DNA of 64,000 bases from Camelus dromedarius (Eukaryota). The position numbers and the translations under genes are program-made. A model generated the notes under the pieces. That model ran no database searches, had not been told where the DNA came from, and saw only the letters and a list, made by a program, of their open reading frames with translations. The stretch covers positions 81,346,001-81,410,000 of the forward strand of contig NC_087436.1 in assembly GCF_036321535.1 (NCBI RefSeq), in the 5' to 3' direction. Shown here piece after piece: positions 52,261-64,000 of this stretch; position 1 is the first letter of the stretch, and each line of letters opens with the position of its first letter.

Positions 52261-52504
52261 CTTAGAGCAGCGGAACTTGACTTTGGAGACAGAAATGATG
52301 AGCCTCCATGATGAACTGGATCAGGAAAGGAAGAAGTTCACGATGATAGAAATCAAAATGCGAAATGCCGAGAGAGCAAAGGAAGATGCGGAGAAAAGAA
52401 ATGACATGCTTCAGAAGGAAATGGAGCAGTTCTTTTCCACATTTGGGGAGTTGACAGTGGAACCCAGGAGAACCGAGAGAGGAAACACAATATGGATCCA
52501 GTGA
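52261..52504 (+). CDS. ARHGAP24: ARHGAP24 terminal coding exon: coiled coil and filamin-binding C-terminus
   Basis: Pyrimidine tract plus ttctgtAG acceptor. (S)LEQRNLTLETEMMSLHDELDQERKKF...FFSTFGELTVEPRRTERGNTIWIQ, stop TGA 52502-52504. Matches the FilGAP C-terminus as I recall it. Confidence 0.97.
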
Positions 52505-52964
52505 GCCTGAGGTCCCGCTGTCTCCGATGGCTCTGGGAAGGATTCTGGGGTTCTGGTGGGAATATTCAGCGGGCTCAGGTGGCTGGTCACCTGGCTGTAC
52601 AGTGCTCTAAGGGGGGAAGGCATGTCATTTACCCATATGACCCATTCATATCTGCAATGTGTACCAAAGTTGTGTCATGCCCCATATGCTACTGTCAAGT
52701 GTTACAACTGGATATGTGTATATAGAGTAGTTTTTAAAAAGTAAACTAAAAATGAGAAGCATAGCTCAAGAATTATTTTATTGCAAGTCTTGTATTTAAA
52801 ATGTTAAATCAATATGTTGTTGCAATTTAGCTTGCTTTCAAGCTTCACCCCTTGCACTTAACATAAGCTATTTTTGGCATTGTGTTATCATCAGCTTATT
52901 TTATAGATCAATATTTTTTTTATTTCCCCTTTTGCTGAGGAAATGAAGATAAGCAGATATATAA

Positions 52965-52999
<35 letters not shown>

Positions 53000-53008
53000 A
53001 GATGAGCT

Positions 53009-53014
53009 ATTAAA
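53009..53014 (+). terminator. Candidate proximal polyadenylation signal ATTAAA
   Basis: ATTAAA followed by GU-rich tttgtggctgtgctgtttgtg (53028-53048). Confidence 0.45.
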
Positions 53015-53968
53015 ATCAAAAGAATACTTTGTGGCTGTGCTGTTTGTGCCAGTAGACATTGCCATGACCAAAAAGAGACATGTAAATGATTTTTATAAAA
53101 TACAGGAGAATCACCAGGAAACTTTGAGATGCTCTTTAAATTCAGCCCTTGACATTGCTCAGTTTTCTTCATGAGATGATTTGCCACAGGACATTTTGGA
53201 CTGTGTAAAAAAGTCTCCTTCGCAGTCTGCCTTGCCAGTTCCAAGATGCACTGTCTCCTATGCAGGATGCACCTTAGAAGGAAAAAATGGTTTTTTCTTT
53301 CTTTTTCTTTTTTTTTTTTTTGAAAAAAAAGCATTTAAGCAGTCATGCCTTGAATTGCTCTTTCCCCTGGATGGTTATGAGAGAAATTCTTCCTGCCATT
53401 GGGAAGTTGAGAGACAGTACTTGCTAAACGACGCCCACGTGAACGTCTGTCCTCCACACAACCCTCCCCCACCCCAACACCTGCCCTCTGGAGCCCGCGG
53501 TGGGCTAGCATCACCGTGTCTCTCTTGGGTAGGCTGCCTCCGGGTGTGCCATGAATTCTTCTTTCACTCAGGCCGACTGTCCTTTTGTCATCTAGGGTTC
53601 TTTCTGAACGACAGCATGCAGAGGCAGTTTGCAGCCAGAGGGAGGAGATGGAGAGGAAGGGAACTGGAAGGAGAGGGGGACAAGTTTGGAAGAAACAAGC
53701 TATTTTACTTCCAGTTTTTACAATACTGTTCTTCCTTGTTGGAAACATATTTATTCATGATAATTTTAAAATGTGAATCTTATGAAGTCCAATTTAGAGA
53801 AGTTTGTGAACATCAGTAATGATAACTTTCCAGCGAAGCCCAGGGCTCTCTGGAGCTAGACTTTGGGGAGACCAATCCTTCACAGTTCAATAAGGCAATG
53901 ATTTTGAGAAGCAAAGCAAATAAATCTTTCTCATGCTCGAACAAAAATTTACAAAAGGCATCATGAAA

Positions 53969-53974
53969 AATAAA
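53969..53974 (+). terminator. Distal polyadenylation signal AATAAA (second AATAAA at 53919-53924)
   Basis: AATAAA followed about 25-65 nt later by GT/T-rich ttgtctg...tatgttcgtgtgtatttatttatttt. Confidence 0.65.
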
Positions 53975-56089
53975 TACTACTCGAGTTTATGGGATTTGCA
54001 TTGTCTGAAGGGTCTATGTTCGTGTGTATTTATTTATTTTCAAGGGCAGAATTCATTCTTGTCTCTGCTGCTTTTATTTCTACCCTTTCACTGAGCGAGC
54101 TGATGTGGTCCTTTGGTATCAACCACTGTCTACCTAGCAATACCTTCTTTAGCTTTAGTTTCCTTCTCTCTTTCCAATTCTTTAACCACTCCTACCTGGA
54201 TATCCTATAGGAAATTGAAACTCAAAATGTGCAAAAATGACCTCAATAAATCTCTCTCCCTTTTCATCTTTTCCCAGGCCCTATCTTAGTTAAGAAAAAC
54301 CTCAGACTCAACCAGGAAGCTGTGTGACACGATAGTGAAAATCAAAGGCAATGCAGTCAAACTGCCTGTTCAGATCTACAGTTTGCCGGCTGTTACTGCA
54401 TCTTCCATACATCACTTTCTTCCATCTGTAGAATGGGAATAATAAAAATACTGCTCTCATAGATTTGTCATGTGGTTTCAATGAGATAGCTTGTGTTGAG
54501 GCTGAGCAGGGCACCTAGCATACAGGAAGGACTCCATGAACGTTAAATCTTATTTTTCTCTCCTCTGTCCTCTTCTCCATCTTCTTCACCTTTAAATTCA
54601 CTCACCTAGTCCACTCAACCTCACCTTTTTTATTTCTCAATGTTCCAGTATCTCTCCTCTACTCTCATTTGCAGACCGCCCTTCCGACCATACTGGGAGC
54701 TTGCTAACAACATTTGACTTACCATCAGGATCATGCCCTTCAGACAGTCTGTATGACTCTAGCCTTCAGTTTCATTCTCATCTCCTACCGTGTCCCTCCA
54801 CACCTGCTATGCCATTTCATGCCTCTGGAACTTTCCACAGTCCAGATTTCGTCCCCATCTTGACTGCCTTCCTTCTATCTGACACACTCCAACCATGTGT
54901 TTTTTTTTTTGTTTGTTTTGTTTTGGTTTTTTTGCCAAATTGAAGTCAGCTCCCCTTTGACGCACCCTAGGATCTTGATGCAGTTAGTTACCTTTTGTGT
55001 TCCCGACTTGTATGTATCTCTTTTAGCCTTTCCTATATCTGATTATTTTTGTCACCAAATAGGAAGCACTTTAGGAAGTGGTGTGGTGGAACGGTAATGG
55101 CAGGAAACTGAGAGCCAGACAACGCTATGCCTCTCAGCGTGCCTGAGGCAAGACGCAAGGCAATGACAAGCCACTTAACCTCTCTGAGCCTCATCTGTTT
55201 TTTCATGACAGTTTTTTCATCTGTCAAGCAGCAATAATAACTCCTACAAAGTAAGAAAGTTGCAACACTTACAGGTGAAATGCAATGCATCTATCCCAGT
55301 GCCTGCCACTTAGCTCTACTGATAGCGCTGTTGCTAACAGGAGCTTCTTAGGACACCAGAATGGTGCCTTATTGACCTTACATCCCTCCCCCTCCGCCAC
55401 TATTATGCCACAGGGTGCCAGCATGGAGCATTAGCAATAAATCTGGCCTTTGATTTATGCAAGGTACCGTTACTAATTCAATAATAAATCTCACTGATGA
55501 TGGCCTCCATTCAATGGCTACCATGAACAGCTTATCCATCTGGGCTTCCGTTAGTTCTTCTGTTAATTCAGCTGAAAGCCTAGGGGGAAAAAACAACTGC
55601 AGATTGACTTAAGAATAAATTGGAAATAAACAGGCAGCGTCAAGAGTTCACTGGCCACATCCTATATGCACTTCTTTAAAACTCCTTAGGCGACAGCAAC
55701 GATTCTTACATTATGAGCTCAGAAGAAAGAATTTGCTTCCAAGTGCTGAGTCTATAATGTTGCTTTCACTTGTCAAATTATATGGCTGAGTATCCTTCAG
55801 AGAACATTTAAAATAGAAATGCCTATGACATGCAGCCTACTGAAGTGTAGATTTTATATGTAGCTTTATTAGGAGATGACTAAAAACTCCAAGTGGATTT
55901 TAAATAATGTTGCTCCTATTTATTTTTGCTTATTCACAAGCTGAGGCCTCCTTTAAAAAACAATTAGATCATTCCCAGGTAGGGTAGTTCAACTCACTGA
56001 TACGATGCTCTCCCCTTGGAAGACCGGGAAGCTGGCCACAAACCCTGGTGTTCCTTACACTGCTGATCTGGGCCCTGCTTAGAGCAGCA

Positions 56090-56370
56090 TCATAGAAAAG
56101 AGTAGGCACTAACTTTTGGATTCAGAAACCCAGATCCAAATCGCAGCTCTCGGGGTTCTGGCTCAGGGGCAGAGCATTTGACTGCAAATCCCAGCTCTGC
56201 CACTTAGTAGCGATGCAAACTTAAGAAAAGTTACATAACGTTTGCAAGACTAAATTTGTTTTTCTATAAAATAGGGATAAAATAGTGTCTCTTCCTCATT
56301 GGATCTTCCTTGGAGAAATCAGTGAAGCAAGTGCTTCATACAGTACGTGGTATATAAGTAAGTGCTTAAT
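56090..56370 (+). mobile_element. MIR SINE interrupted by a tRNA-half insert
   Basis: ttggattcagaaacccagatccaaatc[insert]ccagctctgccacttagtagc...ttttctataaaatagggataa...gtaagtgcttaat. Confidence 0.75.
56152..56186 (+). pseudogene. Tailless retropseudogene of the 5' half of tRNA-Cys(GCA)
   Basis: GGGGTTCTGGCTCAGGGGCAGAGCATTTGACTGCA, 31/35 identical to the recalled tRNA-Cys-GCA 5' half, ending at the anticodon; 14-bp TSD with one mismatch. Confidence 0.8.
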
Positions 56371-58199
56371 GAGTAGTCGCTGTCAGCCCTCAAAGTCCTC
56401 CTACTGAAGGGGTGCTCCAGCTTCTAGAGAACGTAACGGGACTCTGGCCTGAGGAATCTGGCCGGCCGCAAAAGACTGCCGCGTGCAACAGCAGAGGGAA
56501 TAATTGCATCCTTGCCCCAAGGACTCTAATCTCTACTTTTCCCAGATAATCTCCCAGAGACTGATGGCAAGGAAGAGACAACCCAAAGCACCCTTTCTAT
56601 TCTGAGATAATACAGTTACATCCGTGGTCTGGGAGTAATGTCTAAAGAACCACCTGTAACTGTCCTGCATCAGCTCTGTGTGGACACTGGAGATGACACT
56701 GGGCATTAAAGATGTCGGGTAAAACACAATGAAAGTGCCTAAGAATGTGGGCCAGTGAACTTGTCTACACAAATGTCAGCAGCACTGTTACTGAATAGTT
56801 ATTAAAGGCCTCCTTGTGCCAGGCCAGCTCTAGGCTAGGGGCCCTGGAATGCCAAGTTCACAGTAATCACCACGTGAGGTGACGTACAGTGAGCATAAGA
56901 GATGACAAAGCTGAGGCTGGACAAGGCACAGCAGAGCCGCAACAATGACAAGCCCTGAAGGACGAATAGGAAGTTAGCAGGCAGGGTGACCGTTTGGGGC
57001 AGAGACCTCCCAGGAGCACAGAACAGCACATGCCAAAGTGCCCATGGGGCAGACTCCAGGGAGCATTTTCTATGGTATAAAACGACCTATCAAGCCAGTG
57101 CCATCGAGGTGGCACTGTGTGTAACAGCTTACCCGAACCCCACGAGCTCTGAAAACACACTCAGAACCCAGGTGATTCCTACTGTTTTATTCAAAGAAAG
57201 CAGCCAGGGCTGGACACATTTCGCCATTTGAATTCATGAACCACAGGGAAAGTGTGCTGGGTCTGTGGCTCCCAAAGGTCTATTTCATTATACCCTTTAT
57301 AGTCTTCTTAATTGCACAAGTGGGGAATGAGTTGGAAGTTAGAAAACTGCCCAGCTGAAGGGCCTCTGGTTGCAAAGTGACTTGGAAAACTAATAGTTCC
57401 CCAGGCAGACAAAATTTATTGATACTACTGTAGAGCTTAGAGTAGAAGGTTTAACTGTTGAAAATTGTTTGTTTGTTTTTTTTTAATATGCCATTTGTAG
57501 CTCGGGTATAGGGCTGAATGACACTCATGTGTGGACTCTGTGCAGCTGCTACCATTACGGTCCCCTGAGGGCCCAACCCAGGTGAGACCGGCCCCCAGCC
57601 CACCTAGGTAGGGGCACCTTTCTTAAGAAGAGAGTACGGTCACAGGATAACACTGAATTGTTTGAATGAGGAGTCAAATTGGCACTGTTGGCTTTGAGCA
57701 ATGTTGTCTCAGCCCTGAGGGAAGCCCTCGAAGTACTTCCTGTTCTTGTGAAAATGCTGTGCCCATCCCAGCCCTCTCCTCTCAACACACATGTTCCTTG
57801 CCTCCTCGTGAGTCATTAGAAATGGCTGTGTAACCCCCAGGCTCGGGCCATCACACCCCATCCTCCATTGCCTCTCACCAAAGTAGTTCACATCCAGGGC
57901 CCTTGCCTTCCCTCATGCGTGTATCCCCATGTCGTTCACCATGGTCTGTCGTGTGCTTCGAACTCTGACCCCTCTCCACGTGCCAAGACTTTCCATTACT
58001 CTGTCTAGATCTAAAGGCTGCCATCATCATCCCTGAAATCTTCTGGGAAGCACAGCTGCTTTCTGAAGACACCGGCCCCTGCAGCCCCCTCAAGGACGGC
58101 TATTTTCCCTTCCCACAACCTGCATACCGTTAGCCTGCAGGAGAGGCAGGTCTCGCTCTGCTCTTTGCTACTTCCAGACTTTTGATCCTCTCTCCTCCC

Positions 58200-60650
58200 T
58201 AAGAACCTCCTTGGAAGCACACATGCCACAAAAGAATGTTTTATCAACTGTTTTTCCCCCACCACTACTCCATCCACTAACCTGGCCACACAGCTCCTCA
58301 ACTTGCTCACGTCTGAAAATCCTGCTCTCCTCCTGCCTAGACATCGGCCACCTGTGCACACAATTTACTTTACCCCACGTCATTACCAATGACTGCACCA
58401 CCGCCAAACTATCCATTCCAAGCATCTGCTCTCTCATCATCATCTCTTCTCTTTCTAGGTCACTCTCTTTGGCACCATCACGCCCACAATTCTTAGATAT
58501 TCTCAAAGCATCTCTGAGTCACAACAAGGAGAAAAGCAGGGGCTTTCTCCTTGACCAACTTAGCTTCTGTGGTTGCTCATCTTATTCATTCTCTTGTCTC
58601 CATTCTCAAATCCTTTCATCTTCTTTTCTACCACCTCACTCATCAGAGAAAAAAAGAAAAAGAAAAAGAAAAAAACCAACCCAGCTTTGGCTAAGTCCAA
58701 TTTTTACTTCCTCCTAACCTGCACCTAAGAAACTAAACATGGCTGAAGAACAAAAGACCACCATGTTGACTTGTTTACCTGATATTTGTAGGAATACGGC
58801 TGCCACGGCTCTCATCACTGTCCTGTGACTTATCTTCGTGCTTTCTAAGGTCAATTTCACGCTTCTTAAGCCTCCATGAACTCTTCCCTTCCTCATTCTC
58901 AGCTGACGACCTTACTTATATAAACTTACTGATTACCTGTTCTGAGAAAATAAATTAGAAAAATATGTTCTTATGTTTCATCATCATCTCTACCAAACAA
59001 CCTACATCTGTCCTTAGCTCCTGCTCCAGGGACGTACTGCCTGGTCTCTCGGGCCAACTGCTCCTCTGACGCCCTAGAGCCCATCTCTCTGGCCTTTTCA
59101 AGATTATCACTCTTTCCAAGAAATACTTTCACTCTTGAATTACATATTTTGCTCTTAAATATTAATCCCACCAAAGTAGACCCATGCTATAACAACTTTT
59201 TAAAAATCCTCTCTTTGTCTCATATTTACGTCTAATTTCACCATCATTCTGTTTCACTTTTTAGGAAAAAAATTCTTGAATTTTCTGTACTCATTTCTAA
59301 TTCCTCACCTCCTCGTGTTCTCCCAAACTCACTGAAGTCATGGTTTCTTGCTCAATATTGCAGAGAAACTGCTGTGCCTAGGGTCAGCTATGACCTTCAC
59401 AAAATCAGGTTCAATTGTCAATCTTCAGTCCCCATCTTACTCAGCCACTCAGTGGCATTGTCTCAGTTGCCCGCTTCTTCATTTTTGAAACACCTTTTAC
59501 TTGGCTTCCAGGACAGAACACTCTCCTGGTTTTCCCCTCTACTTAGCTGGACATTCCTTAATACTCTACTGTTTTCTGACTTCTATATGCTGGAACAAGA
59601 GATGTGTCCATCTTTGGACTTTTCTTTTTCTTTATCCTACATTCAGTCTCTTAATGGTTTCATATCATCTCCTAGTTTCAATAAACCCTTAAAAGCAGAT
59701 TATTCTCAGATTTATGTTTCAGCTCAACTTCTTCCCTTAACTCCAGCCTTGTAGATACTCTACCTCACTTGAATATTGAATAAGCATCATCAATTGACAT
59801 TTCCAACAACAAATATGATTTTCTTCCCAAATAGGCCCCTAACCCATCATTCTCAGTCAACTACACTATCATTTAGATTTTTGTGGTTTAGACTTTTTAA
59901 GAATCCGGAGTCATTCCCTGATCTCTTTCTGTCATATTGCATATCAATCTTGTCAACTCTGCCTTCATGACAAATCCTTAGTTAGATTCCAAACCTAACC
60001 CTTTGTCAACATTGACATTTCTGGTTCACGCCCCATCATGTCTCTGGACTACTGTTACACCCTACAATGGACCCTTTCCTTCCTTTCTTATTTTTCTTCT
60101 TAATCTCCTCTCTCAGCAGCCAGAGGGATCCATTTTAAAAGAAAAATTAGGTTATATAACTTCCATGTTCAAATCTGTCCATCGTCTTCCCATATTTAGT
60201 ACAAAATCCCCAGATCTTGCCATGCTCTGACCACGCCTAACTCTTCACTTTCATTTATTTTCCCACTTCTCTTGTCCACACTGCTTCATCCACAAGGCTC
60301 TTTGCCAGTCCTTATATACACAAGCAAGCTCTCACTCCAGGGCTTTTGCACATGCTTTTCCCTCAGATACTGTCATGGCTCATTCCTGCACTGTACTCAG
60401 GTCTCTGCTCAAGTATCATCTCTTCTGAGAGGCCAGCTCTGATCACCTCGTCTAAATGGCACCCCTTCTCATGCCGTATTCTTTTAATCTGCCTGTCTTC
60501 TCGGTTCTTCCCACTACCTTACTCCCCCTTAGAATGCAGACCCCATGAAGGCAGGAAGGTTGCCTGGATTGATTGCAACTATGTGTACAGAGAAGTCCTC
60601 AGAAGACTGAAGTGCACAATCAGCAAGTATGAATCGAGTGAATGTTGAAT
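58200..60650 (+). mobile_element. Long L2 remnant (ORF2 region through 3' end)
   Basis: Pyrimidine-rich L2 sense motifs (cttggcttccaggacagaacactctcctggttttcc, tcaggtctctgctcaag, ttagaatgcagaccccatgaaggcagg) ending in a gaat-type tail. Confidence 0.8.
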
Positions 60651-60925
60651 TCAGTGTCAAATTTCTGGCTCACATAGTCAAGGATCTTCTGAGCTGGAGT
60701 TTCTGATAGAAAATAATAAATGACTAAATTCTACCTGAAGTTGTCTTAGGACTCCAGTCATTACCTATAGACAACAAATATCCGAGATTTGGCTCCGTAT
60801 GAGAGCATCACTGCAGCGAGATCCCAGTACTCGTTGTGATGTCATCTGCTGATTGGGAGATTTTGATGCCAGAAATATGAGCCTCAAGCTCGACATCCAG
60901 GCCCAATAGCTCCCAGAGGAAACAT

Positions 60926-61022
60926 GTATAACTGAAAAATTGTGCTGTACGTTGGAATTTGACATGACATTGTAAAATGACTATAACTCAATAAAAAAAA
61001 GTTAAATAAAGAGATAAAAATA
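60926..61022 (+). mobile_element. Short L1 3' terminus
   Basis: gtataactgaaaaattgtgctgtacgttggaatttgacatgacattgtaaaatgactataactcaataaaa matches 39551-39625. Confidence 0.8.
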
Positions 61023-63064
61023 AAACATATCAATCTCTGGAAAAATAAATAAATAAATAAACTTTATGTAATGTAGGATAAAAGCATCTACACTATTTTT
61101 GTTGCTGTTGTTTTTGCCTCTGAACTTTTTATCTTTTTCCAGGATACAGACATCGTGTCACTGACAAGGTCTCAATATTCCATCACATGTTTCCCTTTAC
61201 CTGGAAACTCATATGTGTTTAAAACGTACCAAAAGATAGCAGTTAACCTTTTAATTAAAAGAACAGGAGGGAAGATACATGTATTTCCTCACTGAGTTAA
61301 TGTAGGCCTACCGGTATTTTTCATCTCCATGCTATTTTTCAAATGAGTAAAAATGTTTTCATCTTCTGTAATGCGATGGAAAATATCCCAGATCTTCCGA
61401 TGCTGATTCACTAAGTGCACTTACATACAATTAGACAACATGGCAACACTGAAAGCAGCGGGTTTCTTGTTTCATTGCTTTAAGGGAATGATAAAAACGG
61501 AATCGTTCAAGGCACACCACTAATTTGAAAACATTATTATTTTAAAAGAAAGTAAACAAATGAGATAAAGATGTGTTGCTTTAACCACTTATTTTTAAAC
61601 GGAAAGATCTATTTACTCTGAAGTTTCGAGGATACGGATTATGCTGTATGTGCTGTGCTTGTCTCCTACCTAGGATGCACAGATAGATGTGCAATCAATG
61701 TTTTCAGAGCGAATGAATGTCCTACTTAAGAATGTAGCTCAGAAGTTGAATTCAGTGCAATCTTCTTGGAGCTTGATTTGCACCAAATCTGAGTTTGCAA
61801 TATTTTAACATTAAGGAAGAAGCTATTGCTTTTTGAAAATCTTCCTTTTATAAAACAAGTACCTTAATATTACTAATTCTCTTAGTCCATGTGAAATAGT
61901 ATTTGGATTAAAAAACTGATTTTGTGTATAATTGCTCATAGACAATATTTTCACCAATGTGAATATAAAATTGTTACTGGAAGGCAAACTATGAATGATA
62001 CACTTTTCTAGGCAAAGCGTGGAGAATTTTTAAGATGAGTAACATTTTGCACCTGCTTCTAAGTTGCAAACAATATGGACTATTGGGTAAACAGAAAGAT
62101 TCCAAACAAGATGCAGGGAAGGACAGTGCCAGAAGTCCAGTGACAAGGAAATGAAGCCACCTATTCCACGGAGTGAAACTTGAGTTCTCTCAATTGCACT
62201 TCAGACTTGTTTTACATTGGGTTTTATACTAGGATAAGCATGGTTTTAAAGCATGGGAAATTCCAAAGGGGCAATGGACTCTTCTTTGTGTGTGTGCCAT
62301 CGCATTTCATGTGCTTAAGAACTGTCCATTTCTATAGCTTGTTTTCAGTAACTAAAACAGAACACACTGGTCTGAAAGGTTGAGCAGATGGAATTCAGTC
62401 TGGAGCTGAGGGAGATGACTTGCCACATTCAGCGGTCCCTGACATGAACTGATCTGAGACGGTGGGACTTTCAGTATGCTTCGCTACTTGCAAACATTTT
62501 CCAGGCATGCCTTTCAAAACACTTGGAGGAAAGGCATGCAAAAGGTAGCAAAGACCATTCTGGTAAATCAGCAACATTAAAAACCTCTACCTTGGATACA
62601 ACGCAGTGCAGCTACTGAGCAAACGAAATTCTCCTTCTAGGCTGGTCGTTATATAAGTAGTTGCAAAAAAAAAAAAAAAAAGGTAATTTTCAAGACACCT
62701 TTCTTCTCACTACAAATTGGATCAAATTTAACCAAATATATGGTAACTAGTATGCACCAGTAACTCCTTCTGACCCTTTCTTCCCATAAGCAATCTTGTG
62801 CAATGCAATTTCCCTTCTTAATACTGTATTTTCAGGTACCTATATTAGGCCACTTTTGAACTTAGTAAGAGAGTAAAGATTTGTGGTTCAAATTAGAATG
62901 GAAGCTATGCCAGAGATAACAAAAGACTTTTGGTTTCTATTTTTCCTATAAACAACAAGATAGGGTTGTGTTAACTCAAAAGAATAGGTATTAAAAAAAA
63001 AAAAAAAGAATAGGTATGTTTACCTTCCAGATTTTCTAATAGTTAACTAGTCAAATAAAATTGT

Positions 63065-63070
63065 TTTATT
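63065..63070 (-). terminator. Candidate poly(A) signal of a convergent minus-strand transcript (possibly MAPK10 3'UTR)
   Basis: AATAAA on the minus strand; sequence to the right is repeat-poor, AT-rich and UTR-like. MAPK10 is tail-to-tail with ARHGAP24 in human. No MAPK10 coding sequence is visible, so identity is inferred. Confidence 0.35.
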
Positions 63071-64000
63071 TACCAAAATAGAAGGACCATTCCTCGACAT
63101 TGTCAGATAACTTCCAGCATAATTAACACAGGTTCAGTGATCTTATTAAGCCACAAAATCATATTTTTAAAATGCACCAAGCAGTTTGAGATATTAAGGT
63201 TGGCTTCCATGTAGACAAAAACAAAAACACAAAAACCTTTACCTTCTCCCTTAAGTAGTAATTAAACCGACTAGGAATTCTGACAAATTAACAGAGGATA
63301 TTTAACCCTGTTTAACTCACCTAATGCTCCCAGAAAATTATTTTTTCCTCTTCATCGATTTTATACCTTAAAGGACACTTACTGAATTGCAGATGTACAG
63401 CCAGTATCCCCGGACAGAAGTGAAGGTCATTTTTAGAAGAACCCAATCTCAAATGAAAGCATAGCCTTCTACTTGGTCACATGCATACTGTATCCTCATT
63501 ACCCACAGTGAGACAGTAGGTCATTCCTCATTCTTTTTTTATTCCTGGCACAATCAGACCACACCAGGAAATTATGTGAGATGCTTCAGAGATACTGTCA
63601 GGACAGGAAACCCAAGACAATGAGCAGCACGACAACCAGTGGCAACAGGCAAACTCCAACAAGGTCTGGGTTTAGATTTGGTTTTATGTTACTGGAAGCA
63701 GATTTGCTCTGGTTTTTAATAATTCATAAGAAACAGAAATCACAATGCACCAACTTAGTACCCACCTACAAAGAGTTCAAAAATGCCGAAGTTCTCCCCC
63801 CATTCGCCCTCTTGTTCAACCAACATTTTGAAAATAAAGGGAAACAAACAAACAAACAAACAAACAATGAAAAGAAAAAGAGAGTGAGAAAGAACACAGA
63901 AATGATTTAAATAATTTCAAATCCTTCTTAAACATTACGGAAGTGCATTTGATCCATCAGGCTGACTGCTGGCTCTCACCACTAAGACCTTGCAAAGGAA

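Larger units (their letters stand above)
52505..53995 (+). other. ARHGAP24: ARHGAP24 3'UTR (end approximate)
   Basis: Follows the stop codon; AU-rich with a (TA)n tract; ends after AATAAA hexamers at 53919 and 53969 with GT/T-rich downstream sequence. Confidence 0.75.

Noticed and set aside
53181..53819. 212-aa ORF in the 3'UTR
   Set aside because: Starts at TTG, runs through T and A homopolymers, has no recognisable domain; most likely chance.
58211..58717. 168-aa ORF
   Set aside because: Falls within a decayed L2 ORF2 region; not an intact gene.
1..64000. CRISPR arrays, operons or prokaryotic defence systems
   Set aside because: Sequence is mammalian, with spliceosomal introns and mammalian repeats; no repeat-spacer array or long intronless ORFs seen.

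Overview
Mammalian genomic DNA, most likely camelid: it carries four copies of a tRNA-derived SINE matching camelid vic-1, plus young L1 3' ends. The + strand holds the last six coding exons of ARHGAP24 (FilGAP): 8433-8640, 32959-33091, 35540-35613, 37946-38067, 46279-47356 and 52261-52504. All have GT-AG junctions and compatible phases, and encode the RhoGAP domain, Ser/Thr-rich spacer and C-terminal coiled coil. A 3'UTR follows to about 53995. The rest is intronic and intergenic DNA rich in L1, L2, MIR, MaLR/ERVL LTRs and hAT MITEs. The far right end may be the 3' end of the convergent neighbour (MAPK10 by human synteny; inference). I see no prokaryote-type system. The most unusual content is a set of non-canonical retrotransposition products bounded by target-site duplications (TSDs): a tailless 5' half of tRNA-Cys(GCA), a ~400-bp L1 5'UTR/3'UTR fusion, a tailless 2-kb L1 5' half with a perfect 18-bp TSD, an L1 3' transduction, a tailless SINE and two poly(A)-only micro-insertions. 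There are also candidate unannotated splice events and regulatory sites. Repeat subfamily names are from recalled consensus sequences and their boundaries are approximate.
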